Shown one piece after another: positions 7,910 through 16,355 of a stretch of 33,901 bases of DNA (position 1 is its first letter; each line of letters begins with the position of its first letter). Location: IMG/VR virus record IMGVR_UViG_3300029318_000046, positions 1-33,901 of that record; one strand, written 5' to 3'. The translations under genes and the position numbers were made by a program. This DNA is from a virus. Lineage: Duplodnaviria; Caudoviricetes. A model generated the notes under the pieces. The model searched no databases. It saw only the letters and a program-made list of their open reading frames with translations, and had not been told where the DNA came from.

Positions 7910-8170
7910 ATGACACAATTTAAAGTAATAAATAGAGTAACTAAAGAAGTACAAATATTTAACACCGAAGAAATACTAAATTTCTTTAGATGTGAGTATG
8001 ACCCACAAACTAAAAAGATTAAATATTATAATAATATTAGAGATTATGCAATAAGTGAGGTTAAATCTAAACTAGAACAAAATGAAAATCTTTTGTGGAT
8101 AATTGCACTAGCAGGTTGCTCAGTATCTTTAGTAGTATTAATAACTGATTTAATATTAAAATGGATTTAG
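7910..8170 (+). CDS. Hypothetical protein with C-terminal membrane anchor
   Basis: LLWIIALAGCSVSLVVLITDLIL. Confidence 0.7.
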   Translation: MTQFKVINRVTKEVQIFNTEEILNFFRCEYDPQTKKIKYYNNIRDYAISEVKSKLEQNENLLWIIALAGCSVSLVVLITDLILKWI

Positions 8171-8442
8171 ATAATAAAATAATATCAAAAGAATGGTGGT
8201 TAAAACCAACACTAAAAGCAGTATCAATGTATTGCTATAATCATAAGACTAGGTATACTGATTATAAAGAAGTAGATAGTACAGTAAGAGTAGTAGGTAC
8301 TAAAAAACAAATACTAGACTTATTTAAGAAACTACTTATAGAAGAAGGCTTACAATTAAGGGGTAGTATTCAAATAGAAACTACAGCACTACATCTTAAA
8401 CTATACAAAGAAAATAATAATGAAGCACTAATAATTAATTAA
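8161..8442 (+). CDS. Hypothetical protein
   Basis: 93 aa, tightly packed with neighbours. Confidence 0.7.
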   Translation: MDLDNKIISKEWWLKPTLKAVSMYCYNHKTRYTDYKEVDSTVRVVGTKKQILDLFKKLLIEEGLQLRGSIQIETTALHLKLYKENNNEALIIN

Positions 8443-8443
8443 T

Positions 8444-8836
8444 ATGAAAACTGAAAAATTAAAAGAAAAGTACATAAGATACGAATTAACAAAAGATGAT
8501 GTCTTTAAACATCAGCATTATATTATCATAACACGTTCAGGCATAGAGAAAATACAAGCCATAGAAAACATTACAATATGGTATGAAGTGGTAAAATGTG
8601 AGCCTAATTTTGCAGGAGTAAAAGCAACTGCAACTAAAGATGGTTGTACTGTAGAAACATTTGGCTCTGCTCTAAAAGGTGAATCATATAAAGATGGTAA
8701 TACTAATACTTGGTATGTTTTAGAAATGGCTGAGAAAAGGGCTTTGTCAAGAGCGGTACTCAAGATGACAGGATTTTACGAATTAGGAGTATTTGGAGAA
8801 GATGAAGCAGAAGATTTTAAAAAGAATAATAACTAA
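8444..8836 (+). CDS. Putative single-strand annealing protein (Rad52/Sak-like)
   Basis: EMAEKRALSRAVLK...GVFGEDE motif; adjacent to SSB; family inferred. Confidence 0.55.
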   Translation: MKTEKLKEKYIRYELTKDDVFKHQHYIIITRSGIEKIQAIENITIWYEVVKCEPNFAGVKATATKDGCTVETFGSALKGESYKDGNTNTWYVLEMAEKRALSRAVLKMTGFYELGVFGEDEAEDFKKNNN

Positions 8837-8850
8837 AAACAATTATAAAA

Positions 8851-9162
8851 ATGGAAATTACAGGTAAATTAATTAAGAAGTTTGACATAGAGTCAGGCAT
8901 TAGTAAAGCAGGTAAAGAATGGAATAAACAATCTATACTAATAGAACAAAATGCAGAATACAATAAAGAAGTAGTAATAAGTGCATTTGGTGATAAAATA
9001 CAACACATTAAAAATCTACAAGAAGGTGACAACTTGAAAGTATTATGTAATGTATATTCAAGAGAATACAATGGTAGATATTTCCACAACATTGATGGTT
9101 ACCACTTTGCTAAAGCAGGTGAAGAATTAGAAGAAGAAGATAATAATGAAATGCCTTTTTAA
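8851..9162 (+). CDS. ssb: Single-stranded DNA-binding protein (DUF3127-like OB fold)
   Basis: MEITGK..SGISKAGKEWNKQ..SREYNGRYF, acidic tail ending EMPF. Confidence 0.85.
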   Translation: MEITGKLIKKFDIESGISKAGKEWNKQSILIEQNAEYNKEVVISAFGDKIQHIKNLQEGDNLKVLCNVYSREYNGRYFHNIDGYHFAKAGEELEEEDNNEMPF

Positions 9163-9163
9163 T

Positions 9164-9697
9164 ATGACATCAAAAGATAACTTTAAAGAAATATGTGACC
9201 TTACTACAAAGGTACTAGGGTTACCTAAAAATCATCTATTAGTAAAAAATAGAAAAGTAGAGTATATGATGCCTAGAGCAGTTGCTTGTATGATAAGTAG
9301 ACTAGAAAATTGTACAAAACATAGTATTATGTCTAAGGTATTGGGATTTAATAGAGCAACTATATACTATTATGAAAAGGAACATCATAAACGTTTCAAG
9401 TTTTGGGCTGCTTATAGAAAAGCATTTAATAAAGTATATTTAGAGTATAAGAATTCAGAAAGTGATAAAAAGACTTTTATACGTTCTGCTTCTATATATA
9501 ACCACTTGATTAACAATGGTGTACAAGAAAGTGATAGACCTGATTTATCTATACTAATTAAGTCAGGTAATGTGTCTACTGAAATAAAAAGTTGTTACTT
9601 TGAATGTTCAGCACAACTAAAAAAGATTAAGTTTGCAATGAAAGAATACAAATATGAACTTAAACTAATTGACCTAAATGAAGCATTTACTAAGTAG
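9164..9697 (+). CDS. DnaA domain IV-like helix-turn-helix protein
   Basis: KNRKVEYMMPRAVACMISR...IMSKVLGFNRATIYYY resembles Bac_DnaA_C; ATG 9164 just after the ssb stop preferred over 9146. Confidence 0.6.
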   Translation: MTSKDNFKEICDLTTKVLGLPKNHLLVKNRKVEYMMPRAVACMISRLENCTKHSIMSKVLGFNRATIYYYEKEHHKRFKFWAAYRKAFNKVYLEYKNSESDKKTFIRSASIYNHLINNGVQESDRPDLSILIKSGNVSTEIKSCYFECSAQLKKIKFAMKEYKYELKLIDLNEAFTK

Positions 9698-10295
9698 TAC
9701 AGCATTTTTAGTCTTAAATAAACAATTAGCAAAGCAGATAGGATTGCACGAAGCAGTCCTACTTGCTGACCTAATTAGTAAAGAAGAGTACTTTATTGCT
9801 AATGGTATGACTGATGGGTGGTTTTTTAACACCTTAGACAATATTGAGGCTGATACGACTCTAACACCATTTATGCAAAGAAAGTGCCTTAAAACGCTTA
9901 AAAAGCACAAAATAATAGAAGTTAAGAGAAAAGGTGTACCTGCTAAAAACTATTTTAAAATAAATGAACAACAAGTTGTTAAGATACTTAATAACTTGAA
10001 GTCAACAAAATGCACAACTATTAATAAGAATAAAGAAACAATAATAACTAATAAATACTTTAATAGACCAACGCTTGAAGAATTGAAAGATTATTGTTTA
10101 GAAAGACAAAATAATGTAGATGCTGAAGCCTTTATAGATTTTTATGATTCTAAAGATTGGAAAATAGGAAAGAATAAAATGAAAGATTGGAAGGCTGCTG
10201 TGAGAACTTGGGAAAGAAGAGAAACAAAAAGACCAACTATGTCTAAGTTAGATGCACAAATAAATGCGTGGACTGATGCAAAGAAATTGTTGTAA
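9678..10295 (+). CDS. Replication initiator/replisome organiser
   Basis: N-terminal wHTH-like region, NK-rich linker, C-terminal PTLEE...FIDFYDSKDWKIGKNKMKDWKAAVRTW. Confidence 0.8.
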   Translation: MKHLLSSTAFLVLNKQLAKQIGLHEAVLLADLISKEEYFIANGMTDGWFFNTLDNIEADTTLTPFMQRKCLKTLKKHKIIEVKRKGVPAKNYFKINEQQVVKILNNLKSTKCTTINKNKETIITNKYFNRPTLEELKDYCLERQNNVDAEAFIDFYDSKDWKIGKNKMKDWKAAVRTWERRETKRPTMSKLDAQINAWTDAKKLL

Positions 10296-10378
10296 TATGA
10301 GCAGGGTTAGTAAATATAAATTAAATAATAATGTGAGAGGTTATACTTTGATTCATTTACAATTCCCTGCTCTTATTA
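10293..10378 (+). other. Long imperfect intergenic stem-loop
   Basis: TAATA-T-GAGCAGGG..GTAAAT pairs with ATTTAC..CCCTGCTC-T-TATTA. Confidence 0.65.
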
Positions 10379-10390
10379 AAAATTAAATAT

Positions 10391-10759
10391 ATGAAAGCAC
10401 TAAAACAAGAAAACTTAAAAGAATTGTCTGAGAAAGTCTTAGATTTGTTAGCAAAGACATCAGTAGAAATAGGACATAAAACTGATGCTCAAACTTTAGC
10501 AACACTATCTAAAATATTTGCTAATGACTTAATGACTGAAAAAAGATTTAATAGACTGACTTTCAATCAGATACAAGATGCCTTTCACATAGGTGTAAGA
10601 TTTGGAAAAGATGAACCATTTTTAAACATTAGAACTTTTTACAAATGGGTATATAGTCACAAGAAGACAATAGATGATGCTTATTATGAAGTACACACAT
10701 TAAACAAACCTAAAGAAAAAGTACCTTATTATCAAGAACCTTTAAAACTATTAATATGA
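10391..10759 (+). CDS. Hypothetical protein (position of a helicase loader)
   Basis: 122 aa, follows the initiator gene. Confidence 0.7.
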   Translation: MKALKQENLKELSEKVLDLLAKTSVEIGHKTDAQTLATLSKIFANDLMTEKRFNRLTFNQIQDAFHIGVRFGKDEPFLNIRTFYKWVYSHKKTIDDAYYEVHTLNKPKEKVPYYQEPLKLLI

Positions 10760-11064
10760 AAACAAAACAAAAAGTAAAATTTTGGTTAGAAAAACACGAA
10801 CACTTAAGAGATGATGACAACCGCTTATGTGCTAATATTTGGAATGATGAATTAAAAGAATATGTAGATATGAATACAGCAGGTATAAGAACATTTTTAA
10901 GACTGTATTCTTTTGGTAAACTAACTCCTGCTCCTACTATAAAAAGGATAAGAGCAAAATTACAATCAGAAAACCCTCAATATAGAGGCGATAATTATTA
11001 CAAAAGAAAAGGTATATATGAGAAAGATTGGCGTAACAAGTTAGGTTATGACAAGCGTAAGTAA
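10756..11064 (+). CDS. Hypothetical protein
   Basis: 102 aa, overlaps neighbouring genes. Confidence 0.7.
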   Translation: MKTKQKVKFWLEKHEHLRDDDNRLCANIWNDELKEYVDMNTAGIRTFLRLYSFGKLTPAPTIKRIRAKLQSENPQYRGDNYYKRKGIYEKDWRNKLGYDKRK

Positions 11065-11455
11065 ATTAAAGAAACAATTAGACAAGTGGTTTAGTCTTTA
11101 TATAAGACTTAGAGATGCTACTGATGAAGGAATGGTACAATGTTTTACTTGCGGTAAGGTAGCCCATTATAAAGATGGTATGCAATGTGGTCACTTTCAA
11201 AGCAGAAAACATCAAGCAACTAGATGGAATGAGCAAAACTGTCAAGTACAATGTGTTGGCTGTAATATGTTTAAGCAGGGTGAACAATGGACATTCGGAC
11301 TAAACTTAGATGCAAAGTATGGTAGTAGTACATCTTTTGATTTGCACGTATTATCTAAACAAACAATTAAAATGACTAGAGTAGACTATGAAGAAGACAT
11401 AAGATATTACAAAGCACTTGTTGATAACTTAAAAAAAGAAAAAAATTTAGAATAG
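11048..11455 (+). CDS. ninG: NinG/Rap-like HNH recombination endonuclease
   Basis: FSLYIRLRD, CFTCG, QCGHF, TRWNEQNCQVQCVGCN. Confidence 0.88.
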   Translation: MTSVSKLKKQLDKWFSLYIRLRDATDEGMVQCFTCGKVAHYKDGMQCGHFQSRKHQATRWNEQNCQVQCVGCNMFKQGEQWTFGLNLDAKYGSSTSFDLHVLSKQTIKMTRVDYEEDIRYYKALVDNLKKEKNLE

Positions 11456-11464
11456 TTTTTTTTA

Positions 11465-11472
11465 TATATTTG
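11465..11472 (+). promoter_or_regulatory. Bacteroidota -7 promoter element TATATTTG
   Basis: Exact TAnnTTTG in the short gap upstream of the operon containing the sigma factor. Confidence 0.55.
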
Positions 11473-11476
11473 GAAA

Positions 11477-11833
11477 ATGAGAAAACCAATATACTGTAAT
11501 AAGCAGCACGAAGTAATAGTAGATGCTTACTTGTATATGGTAAAAGACTTTGTAAGAGAAGTAAGTTCAGAAAGTAGATATAAAAGTTTTGCACAGGTCT
11601 TAGATATATTGATAGAATATCATAATAACTATGGTAAAGGAGTTAGAGAAAATAACTATTGGGATTGGCTAATGATATTGCCTATAAACTTATCGTTAAT
11701 GGTTAATGGATATTTTGCAGGAGTAGAAACTAAAAGAAACACAAAGGCAATACATTCGTATAGAATACTTTTGAATGATATGGTACAAGACGTAGTAGAT
11801 AAGATAGAAAAACTAGAACCTATAAATGAATAA
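11477..11833 (+). CDS. Hypothetical protein
   Basis: 118 aa ORF. Confidence 0.7.
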   Translation: MRKPIYCNKQHEVIVDAYLYMVKDFVREVSSESRYKSFAQVLDILIEYHNNYGKGVRENNYWDWLMILPINLSLMVNGYFAGVETKRNTKAIHSYRILLNDMVQDVVDKIEKLEPINE

Positions 11834-12386
11834 GATATATTTAGAAATATCAAAACTAGGTGACAAGTTCAGACAAATGTGCTATGGTATTACACAAGAT
11901 AAAGAAAAAGTAGATGATGCTGTACAAGAATTAATGCTGTATCTTTTGCAGATGAACCCTGAAACAATTAAAAAGATTTATGATGCAGATGGTATAGATG
12001 GTATAACAAGATATGGAGCAGTAGTTTTACGTAGGGCTTTAACAAGTACAAGAAGTCCTTTTTATTATAAGTATAGAAAGTATTATACAAATCTTGTAGG
12101 TATTAATTATCAGACAGCAGCAACACATAATAACTTTCATAAAAGTATATATAATATGCCTAATGAAATAGATTATGTACAAAAAGAAAGACAAGATAAG
12201 TTGGAAAAGATTGATGTAGTATTAGACAAGTTAGACAGTTGGTATGATAGGGAGTTATTTAAGTTGTATTACTATGAAGGTAATACGCTTGATTCGTTAG
12301 CAGCCAAGACCAAGATAAGCAGGAATAGTTTGTTTACTACAATAGACAAAGTTAGGACAATAATCAAAGAAGAATTAGATGAATAA
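11826..12386 (+). CDS. Phage-encoded ECF-type sigma-70 factor
   Basis: Region 2-like DDAVQELMLYLL and region 4 HTH LSWYDRELFKLYYYEGNTLDSLAAKTKISRNSL-like segment. Confidence 0.8.
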   Translation: MNKIYLEISKLGDKFRQMCYGITQDKEKVDDAVQELMLYLLQMNPETIKKIYDADGIDGITRYGAVVLRRALTSTRSPFYYKYRKYYTNLVGINYQTAATHNNFHKSIYNMPNEIDYVQKERQDKLEKIDVVLDKLDSWYDRELFKLYYYEGNTLDSLAAKTKISRNSLFTTIDKVRTIIKEELDE

Positions 12387-12783
12387 GTTTTTTACATCAC
12401 AACAAGTATATGAAGATAGACTTGCTATATGTAGGGCTTGTGATTATTATTTTAAGCCTACAGGAAGTTGTAAGGTGTGTAAGTGTTTTATGAAGATTAA
12501 AGCAAGAATAGCACCAATGGCTTGTCCTAAGACTTATTGGAATAAGACTACAGTAATAGAAATACCTGAAGACTTACCACAAGAACTAATAGATGAAATA
12601 CTAGACATTTGGAAGTATTTAAAAACAGGAGTAGCAGAAGGACAAGATGCAAAAATAAGAATGATGGAATTATACAACACTATAACAGCATCTAACTATA
12701 ATCCTAGAACAAATTGTGGTTCTTGTTTGTCTACTGCTTATGATGCAATAAAAAAACTATATATTAAATACAGTAAGATATGA
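12379..12783 (+). CDS. Cys-rich putative zinc-binding protein
   Basis: RLAICRAC, CKVCKCFM, CPKTYW and TNCGSC motifs. Confidence 0.75.
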   Translation: MNKFFTSQQVYEDRLAICRACDYYFKPTGSCKVCKCFMKIKARIAPMACPKTYWNKTTVIEIPEDLPQELIDEILDIWKYLKTGVAEGQDAKIRMMELYNTITASNYNPRTNCGSCLSTAYDAIKKLYIKYSKI

Positions 12784-12938
12784 TATACACAATAATGATA
12801 GCGTTTATAACTTTTGGTATCGGTTGGTACAGGGGTTTTAATATGGGCTATAGAAAAGGTAAATTCCACGCTAATTTTGACAATTATAAACCTGAACACA
12901 AAATATATTTTAAAAAAGTAATAAAAGATGAAAGATAA
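12780..12938 (+). CDS. 52-aa hypothetical protein with hydrophobic N-terminus
   Basis: ATGA overlap with upstream stop; fills the gap; MIYTIMIAFITFGIGWYRGF; not in ORF track. Confidence 0.55.
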   Translation: MIYTIMIAFITFGIGWYRGFNMGYRKGKFHANFDNYKPEHKIYFKKVIKDER

Positions 12939-13164
12939 AGACATACCAAAATACTATAAAGGAAAGAATGGCTATATGGCTAAAGACGTAGTTAGTAACT
13001 TTGATTTGTCCTATAATATAGGAACAGCAGTTACTTATTTATTAAGAAGTAAGAACAAACACAACGATGGTGGTGTAGAAGATATACGTAAAGCAATAAA
13101 CCATCTACACTTTGAATTAGAAAGACTAGAAAGTAAAACAATAACAGGCGGATTAGCAAGATAA
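12928..13164 (+). CDS. DUF3310-like protein (T7 gp1.7/SaV-like)
   Basis: PKYY, YNIGTAVTYLLR, GVEDIRKA pattern. Confidence 0.8.
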   Translation: MKDKDIPKYYKGKNGYMAKDVVSNFDLSYNIGTAVTYLLRSKNKHNDGGVEDIRKAINHLHFELERLESKTITGGLAR

Positions 13165-13168
13165 TATT

Positions 13169-13429
13169 ATGATTAGATTTATATGTAAATGTAGTAAAGA
13201 AACAAAAGACTTACAAAAGGCAACGATTGTACTAAGAGAGGGCAAATGGGTAACTAAAGAAGCACTATGTAGTTGTGGTAAGTATATGCAAGAACTAGAA
13301 AAAGATTTTAGTGGCTTTCCTAATCTTATAAGAACTGAACCTACATTAAGTAAAAAGAGAGATAAACTTTGGGATAGTGCAAAAGAAAAACTATGCGGAG
13401 AAAGAGGTATAAATGAACCATTTGACTAA
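13169..13429 (+). CDS. Small putative zinc-ribbon protein
   Basis: CKC and CSCG motifs. Confidence 0.65.
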   Translation: MIRFICKCSKETKDLQKATIVLREGKWVTKEALCSCGKYMQELEKDFSGFPNLIRTEPTLSKKRDKLWDSAKEKLCGERGINEPFD

Positions 13430-13450
13430 AAAACGATCCCCAAGCACATT

Positions 13451-13657
13451 ATGAGAGCAAAAAAAAGAACACCACAACAATTAGAAAAACTAAGCAAAGA
13501 AGTAGTAGAATATTACTTTAATAATCCACACGCTAACAGTTCTAAGTATATGCAGCAAAAGTTTAAAGCAAGTGAAAAGATAATAAGAGATATACTTAGT
13601 GCAGAATTTGAAAGAAGATTAGAGAATAGTATAACAAGAAGAATGATTAACTTATGA
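13451..13657 (+). CDS. Hypothetical basic protein, possibly HTH
   Basis: 68 aa, ATGA-coupled to next gene. Confidence 0.6.
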   Translation: MRAKKRTPQQLEKLSKEVVEYYFNNPHANSSKYMQQKFKASEKIIRDILSAEFERRLENSITRRMINL

Positions 13658-14037
13658 AGTTTGTGATAAAGGGCAATCAAGATAAGCAAAGCCTAATAAA
13701 CTATTTAAAAGAATTAGGTAATGATTATATAGTAGAAGTAAAGAAACAAAGAAACAATAGAAGCAATATGCAAAACAATTACTATTGGGCTTGTATAGTA
13801 CAGCCATTAGCAAATGAGATAGGATATTTTCCTGATGAAATGCACGATATACTTAAAGTAAAATTTGCTAGTCAATGGGAAAGCATAGATATAAACGATA
13901 AACAAGTAGGATTACAAGTAGTTAATAGTTCAGCAAGAATGAACACTAAAGAGTTTGAAATATATGCAGAACAAATAAGGGTATGGGCGTTAACTGAACT
14001 AGGTATAAGATTAATGCTACCAAATGAATTTAATTAA
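13654..14037 (+). CDS. ninB: NinB/YbcN-like recombination protein
   Basis: RSNMQNNYYW, EMHDILK, SSARMNTKEFEIYAEQI. Confidence 0.8.
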   Translation: MKFVIKGNQDKQSLINYLKELGNDYIVEVKKQRNNRSNMQNNYYWACIVQPLANEIGYFPDEMHDILKVKFASQWESIDINDKQVGLQVVNSSARMNTKEFEIYAEQIRVWALTELGIRLMLPNEFN

Positions 14038-14050
14038 TTTCTATTATATA
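14021..14050 (+). promoter_or_regulatory. Putative late promoter for terminase genes
   Basis: CAAAT 14021, 14-nt spacer, TCTATTATATA 14040. Confidence 0.75.
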
Positions 14051-14082
14051 ATATAGAATTGAATAATCAATCTTTTTCAATT

Positions 14083-14349
14083 ATGGATAAACGAATAAAT
14101 AATGGTGGTGCTAGAAAAGGTGCAGGGCGTAAGTCTAAGGCAGCAGAACAAAAGTTAATAGAGAATTTAACACCTATGAATGAAATGGCTTTAAAGTCAT
14201 TAGAGAAAGGATTAGAAAAGAAAGAACAATGGGCGGTTAAGTTATTCTTTGAATACTTTTATGGTAAACCACAGCAAAGGGTTGATGTTACAACTAATGA
14301 TGATAGTATCAATATGCCTTTGATAAACTTTGTAAAAACTGAATCTTAA
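14083..14349 (+). CDS. terS: Terminase small subunit (putative)
   Basis: GGARKGAGRK N-terminal motif, YGKPQQRVDVT C-terminus, directly upstream of terL; ATG 14083 preferred. Confidence 0.75.
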   Translation: MDKRINNGGARKGAGRKSKAAEQKLIENLTPMNEMALKSLEKGLEKKEQWAVKLFFEYFYGKPQQRVDVTTNDDSINMPLINFVKTES

Positions 14350-15541
14350 CGAAAAATATAATCCTTTATTTGAATCTGATGCTCGTTACTTTATAATAAC
14401 AGGTGGTAGAGGTTCTGGAAAGTCATTTGCTGTAACTGTGTTTCTTACGTTGCTTACAATGTCAAAAAACATACGTATATTGTTTACAAGATACACAATG
14501 GTATCAGCACACTTGTCTATTATTCCTGAGTTCTTAGAAAAGATAAGCCTACTTGGTTTTGACAATATCTTTAGCGTAAATAAATCGGAAGTAGTAAACT
14601 TAGGCAACAAATCAGACATACTGTTTAGGGGTATAAAGACATCAGCAGGCAATCAGACAGCAAGCCTAAAATCATTACAAGGTATAAGCTGCTGGGTGTT
14701 AGATGAAGCTGAGGAATTGGTTGATGAGGATATATTCGATACTATTGATTTAAGTATTAGAGAGAAAGATGTGCAGAACAGAATCATACTTATATTAAAC
14801 CCAGTCACTAAAGAGCATTGGATATACAATAGATTCTTTCAAGACAAAGGCGTAGAAGCTGGTTTTAATGGCGTTAAAGACAATGTGTGCTACATACACA
14901 GTACATACCTAGACAACAAAGAAAACCTGTCAGACAGCTTTATACAGCGTGTAGAAACAATTAAGCATAGAAACTTTAAAAAATACCAACATAGAATACT
15001 TGGCTCTTGGCTTGATCGAGCAGATGGCGTAGTGTTTACTAATTGGACATTTGGAGAATTTAATCCTGATGGCTTACAAACATCTTGTGGTATGGACTTT
15101 GGTTTTAGCATTGATCCAGATAGCTTAACAGAAGTTGCTATTGATAAGTCAAAGCGTAAGCTATATTTAAAAGAGCATATCTATCAGAATGGATTAAAAT
15201 CTAATCAACTTGCTGAGATTATATTAAGCAAAGTAGGCAATAAGTTAATCATTGCTGATTCGGCAGAGCCAAGATTGATTGCAGATTTAAAGCATTTAGG
15301 CGTAAACATAAAGCCAGTTAAAAAAGGAACTATTGAAAGTGGCGTAACAAGAATGCAAGATTATGAATTAGTAGTTAGTCCAGAATCAACAAACATAGCT
15401 AAAGAATTAAACAACTATGTGTACGCAGACAAAGGATCAAAACTCTATGTAGATAATTATAATCACGCTATTGATGGCGTAAGATACAATGTTATTTACC
15501 ACTTAGATAATCCAAATGCAGGAAGGTATTTTGTACAGTAA
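14339..15541 (+). CDS. terL: Terminase large subunit, PBSX/SPP1-like; start non-canonical (CTG 14339 inferred)
   Basis: Walker A GGRGSGKS (~14402), Walker B WVLDEAEE, LNP, nuclease GMDFGF, ADSAEP, NHAIDGVRY. Confidence 0.93.
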   Translation: MNLNEKYNPLFESDARYFIITGGRGSGKSFAVTVFLTLLTMSKNIRILFTRYTMVSAHLSIIPEFLEKISLLGFDNIFSVNKSEVVNLGNKSDILFRGIKTSAGNQTASLKSLQGISCWVLDEAEELVDEDIFDTIDLSIREKDVQNRIILILNPVTKEHWIYNRFFQDKGVEAGFNGVKDNVCYIHSTYLDNKENLSDSFIQRVETIKHRNFKKYQHRILGSWLDRADGVVFTNWTFGEFNPDGLQTSCGMDFGFSIDPDSLTEVAIDKSKRKLYLKEHIYQNGLKSNQLAEIILSKVGNKLIIADSAEPRLIADLKHLGVNIKPVKKGTIESGVTRMQDYELVVSPESTNIAKELNNYVYADKGSKLYVDNYNHAIDGVRYNVIYHLDNPNAGRYFVQ

Positions 15542-15569
15542 ACTAAATTATTAACTTTTCTATTATATA
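15539..15569 (+). promoter_or_regulatory. Putative late promoter (degenerate upstream element)
   Basis: TCTATTATATA at 15559-15569; upstream element reads TAAAC/AAACT rather than CAAAT. Confidence 0.6.
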
Positions 15570-15573
15570 TTAG

Positions 15574-16218
15574 ATGAAGGTAAAGATTAAGAAGAAGGGC
15601 AAAACAAAGCAGTTTAAATTAATTAGTAAATGGAGTGATGTCACTCTTGAAAAGTGGTTAAAGCTAATTGATTATAATAATGGCACAAAGAGTAGTGAAG
15701 CATTAAATACAATTGCAGAACTTTCTAATATTCCTAAGAAGCTAATAAAGGAATTAGAATTGAAAGATATAGCGGCAATTATGAGTGCTGTGTCAGAACT
15801 GCAAAAGAAACAAGATAGTTCTTTAAAAAAGATAATTGAAATAAAAGGTAAAAAATATGGGTTTCATCCTAATTTAGAGGAGATAACTCTTGGGGAGTGG
15901 AGTGACTTAGAGACAATGTTTACAAAAGGAATAGAAAACCATATGCCAGAAATAATGTCAATACTGTATAGACCTGTAACAGATGAAACAGCAAACGGAA
16001 TTTATACTATTGCAGCATATGATGGCAATATTTCTATACGAGCCGAACAGATGAAAAAGATGTCAGCAGAACAAGTGCAAAGTGCGCTGGTTTTTTTTTA
16101 TCATTTAGGGAACGAATTGTCAATGATTTTGCCATCATATTTGATGGATCGCATGAAGGAAATGAAACTGCAGTTGCAACAGAATCATTTGCTGAAAAAT
16201 GGGGGTACTTCGGAATAA
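15574..16218 (+). CDS. Putative tail assembly chaperone (short form)
   Basis: 214 aa; internal T-TTT-TTT slippery site at 16092-16098. Confidence 0.6.
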   Translation: MKVKIKKKGKTKQFKLISKWSDVTLEKWLKLIDYNNGTKSSEALNTIAELSNIPKKLIKELELKDIAAIMSAVSELQKKQDSSLKKIIEIKGKKYGFHPNLEEITLGEWSDLETMFTKGIENHMPEIMSILYRPVTDETANGIYTIAAYDGNISIRAEQMKKMSAEQVQSALVFFYHLGNELSMILPSYLMDRMKEMKLQLQQNHLLKNGGTSE

Positions 16219-16355
16219 TGTATAGATTGTGCAATGCAGATATTTCAAAATTAGAACAAATAACAAAACTTAACTTGTTAGAGGCGTTTACTTGGTTAAG
16301 TTATGAGACAGATTTAAACTCACAAAATAAAGTAAAACATGGCAGTCAACAATAA
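16098..16355 (+). CDS. -1 frame extension of the putative chaperone (gpGT-like form)
   Basis: Open 85 codons from the T9 run (LSFRERIVNDFAIIFDG...FAEKWGYFGIMYRL...) to TAA 16353. Confidence 0.65.
   Translation, partial: LSFRERIVNDFAIIFDGSHEGNETAVATESFAEKWGYFGIMYRLCNADISKLEQITKLNLLEAFTWLSYETDLNSQNKVKHGSQQ

Noticed and set aside
9960-10060. Lambda-like iteron origin inside the initiator gene
   Set aside because: There is an A-rich linker and a near-palindrome (AACAAGTTGTT), but no clear iteron set I can support.
10293-10378. tRNA gene in the intergenic hairpin
   Set aside because: No cloverleaf, T-loop GTTC motif or CCA end.
13435-13438. Lone GATC as the A/B junction
   Set aside because: The following ~1.25 kb still lacks AGCT and GATC, so the transition fits better inside terL.
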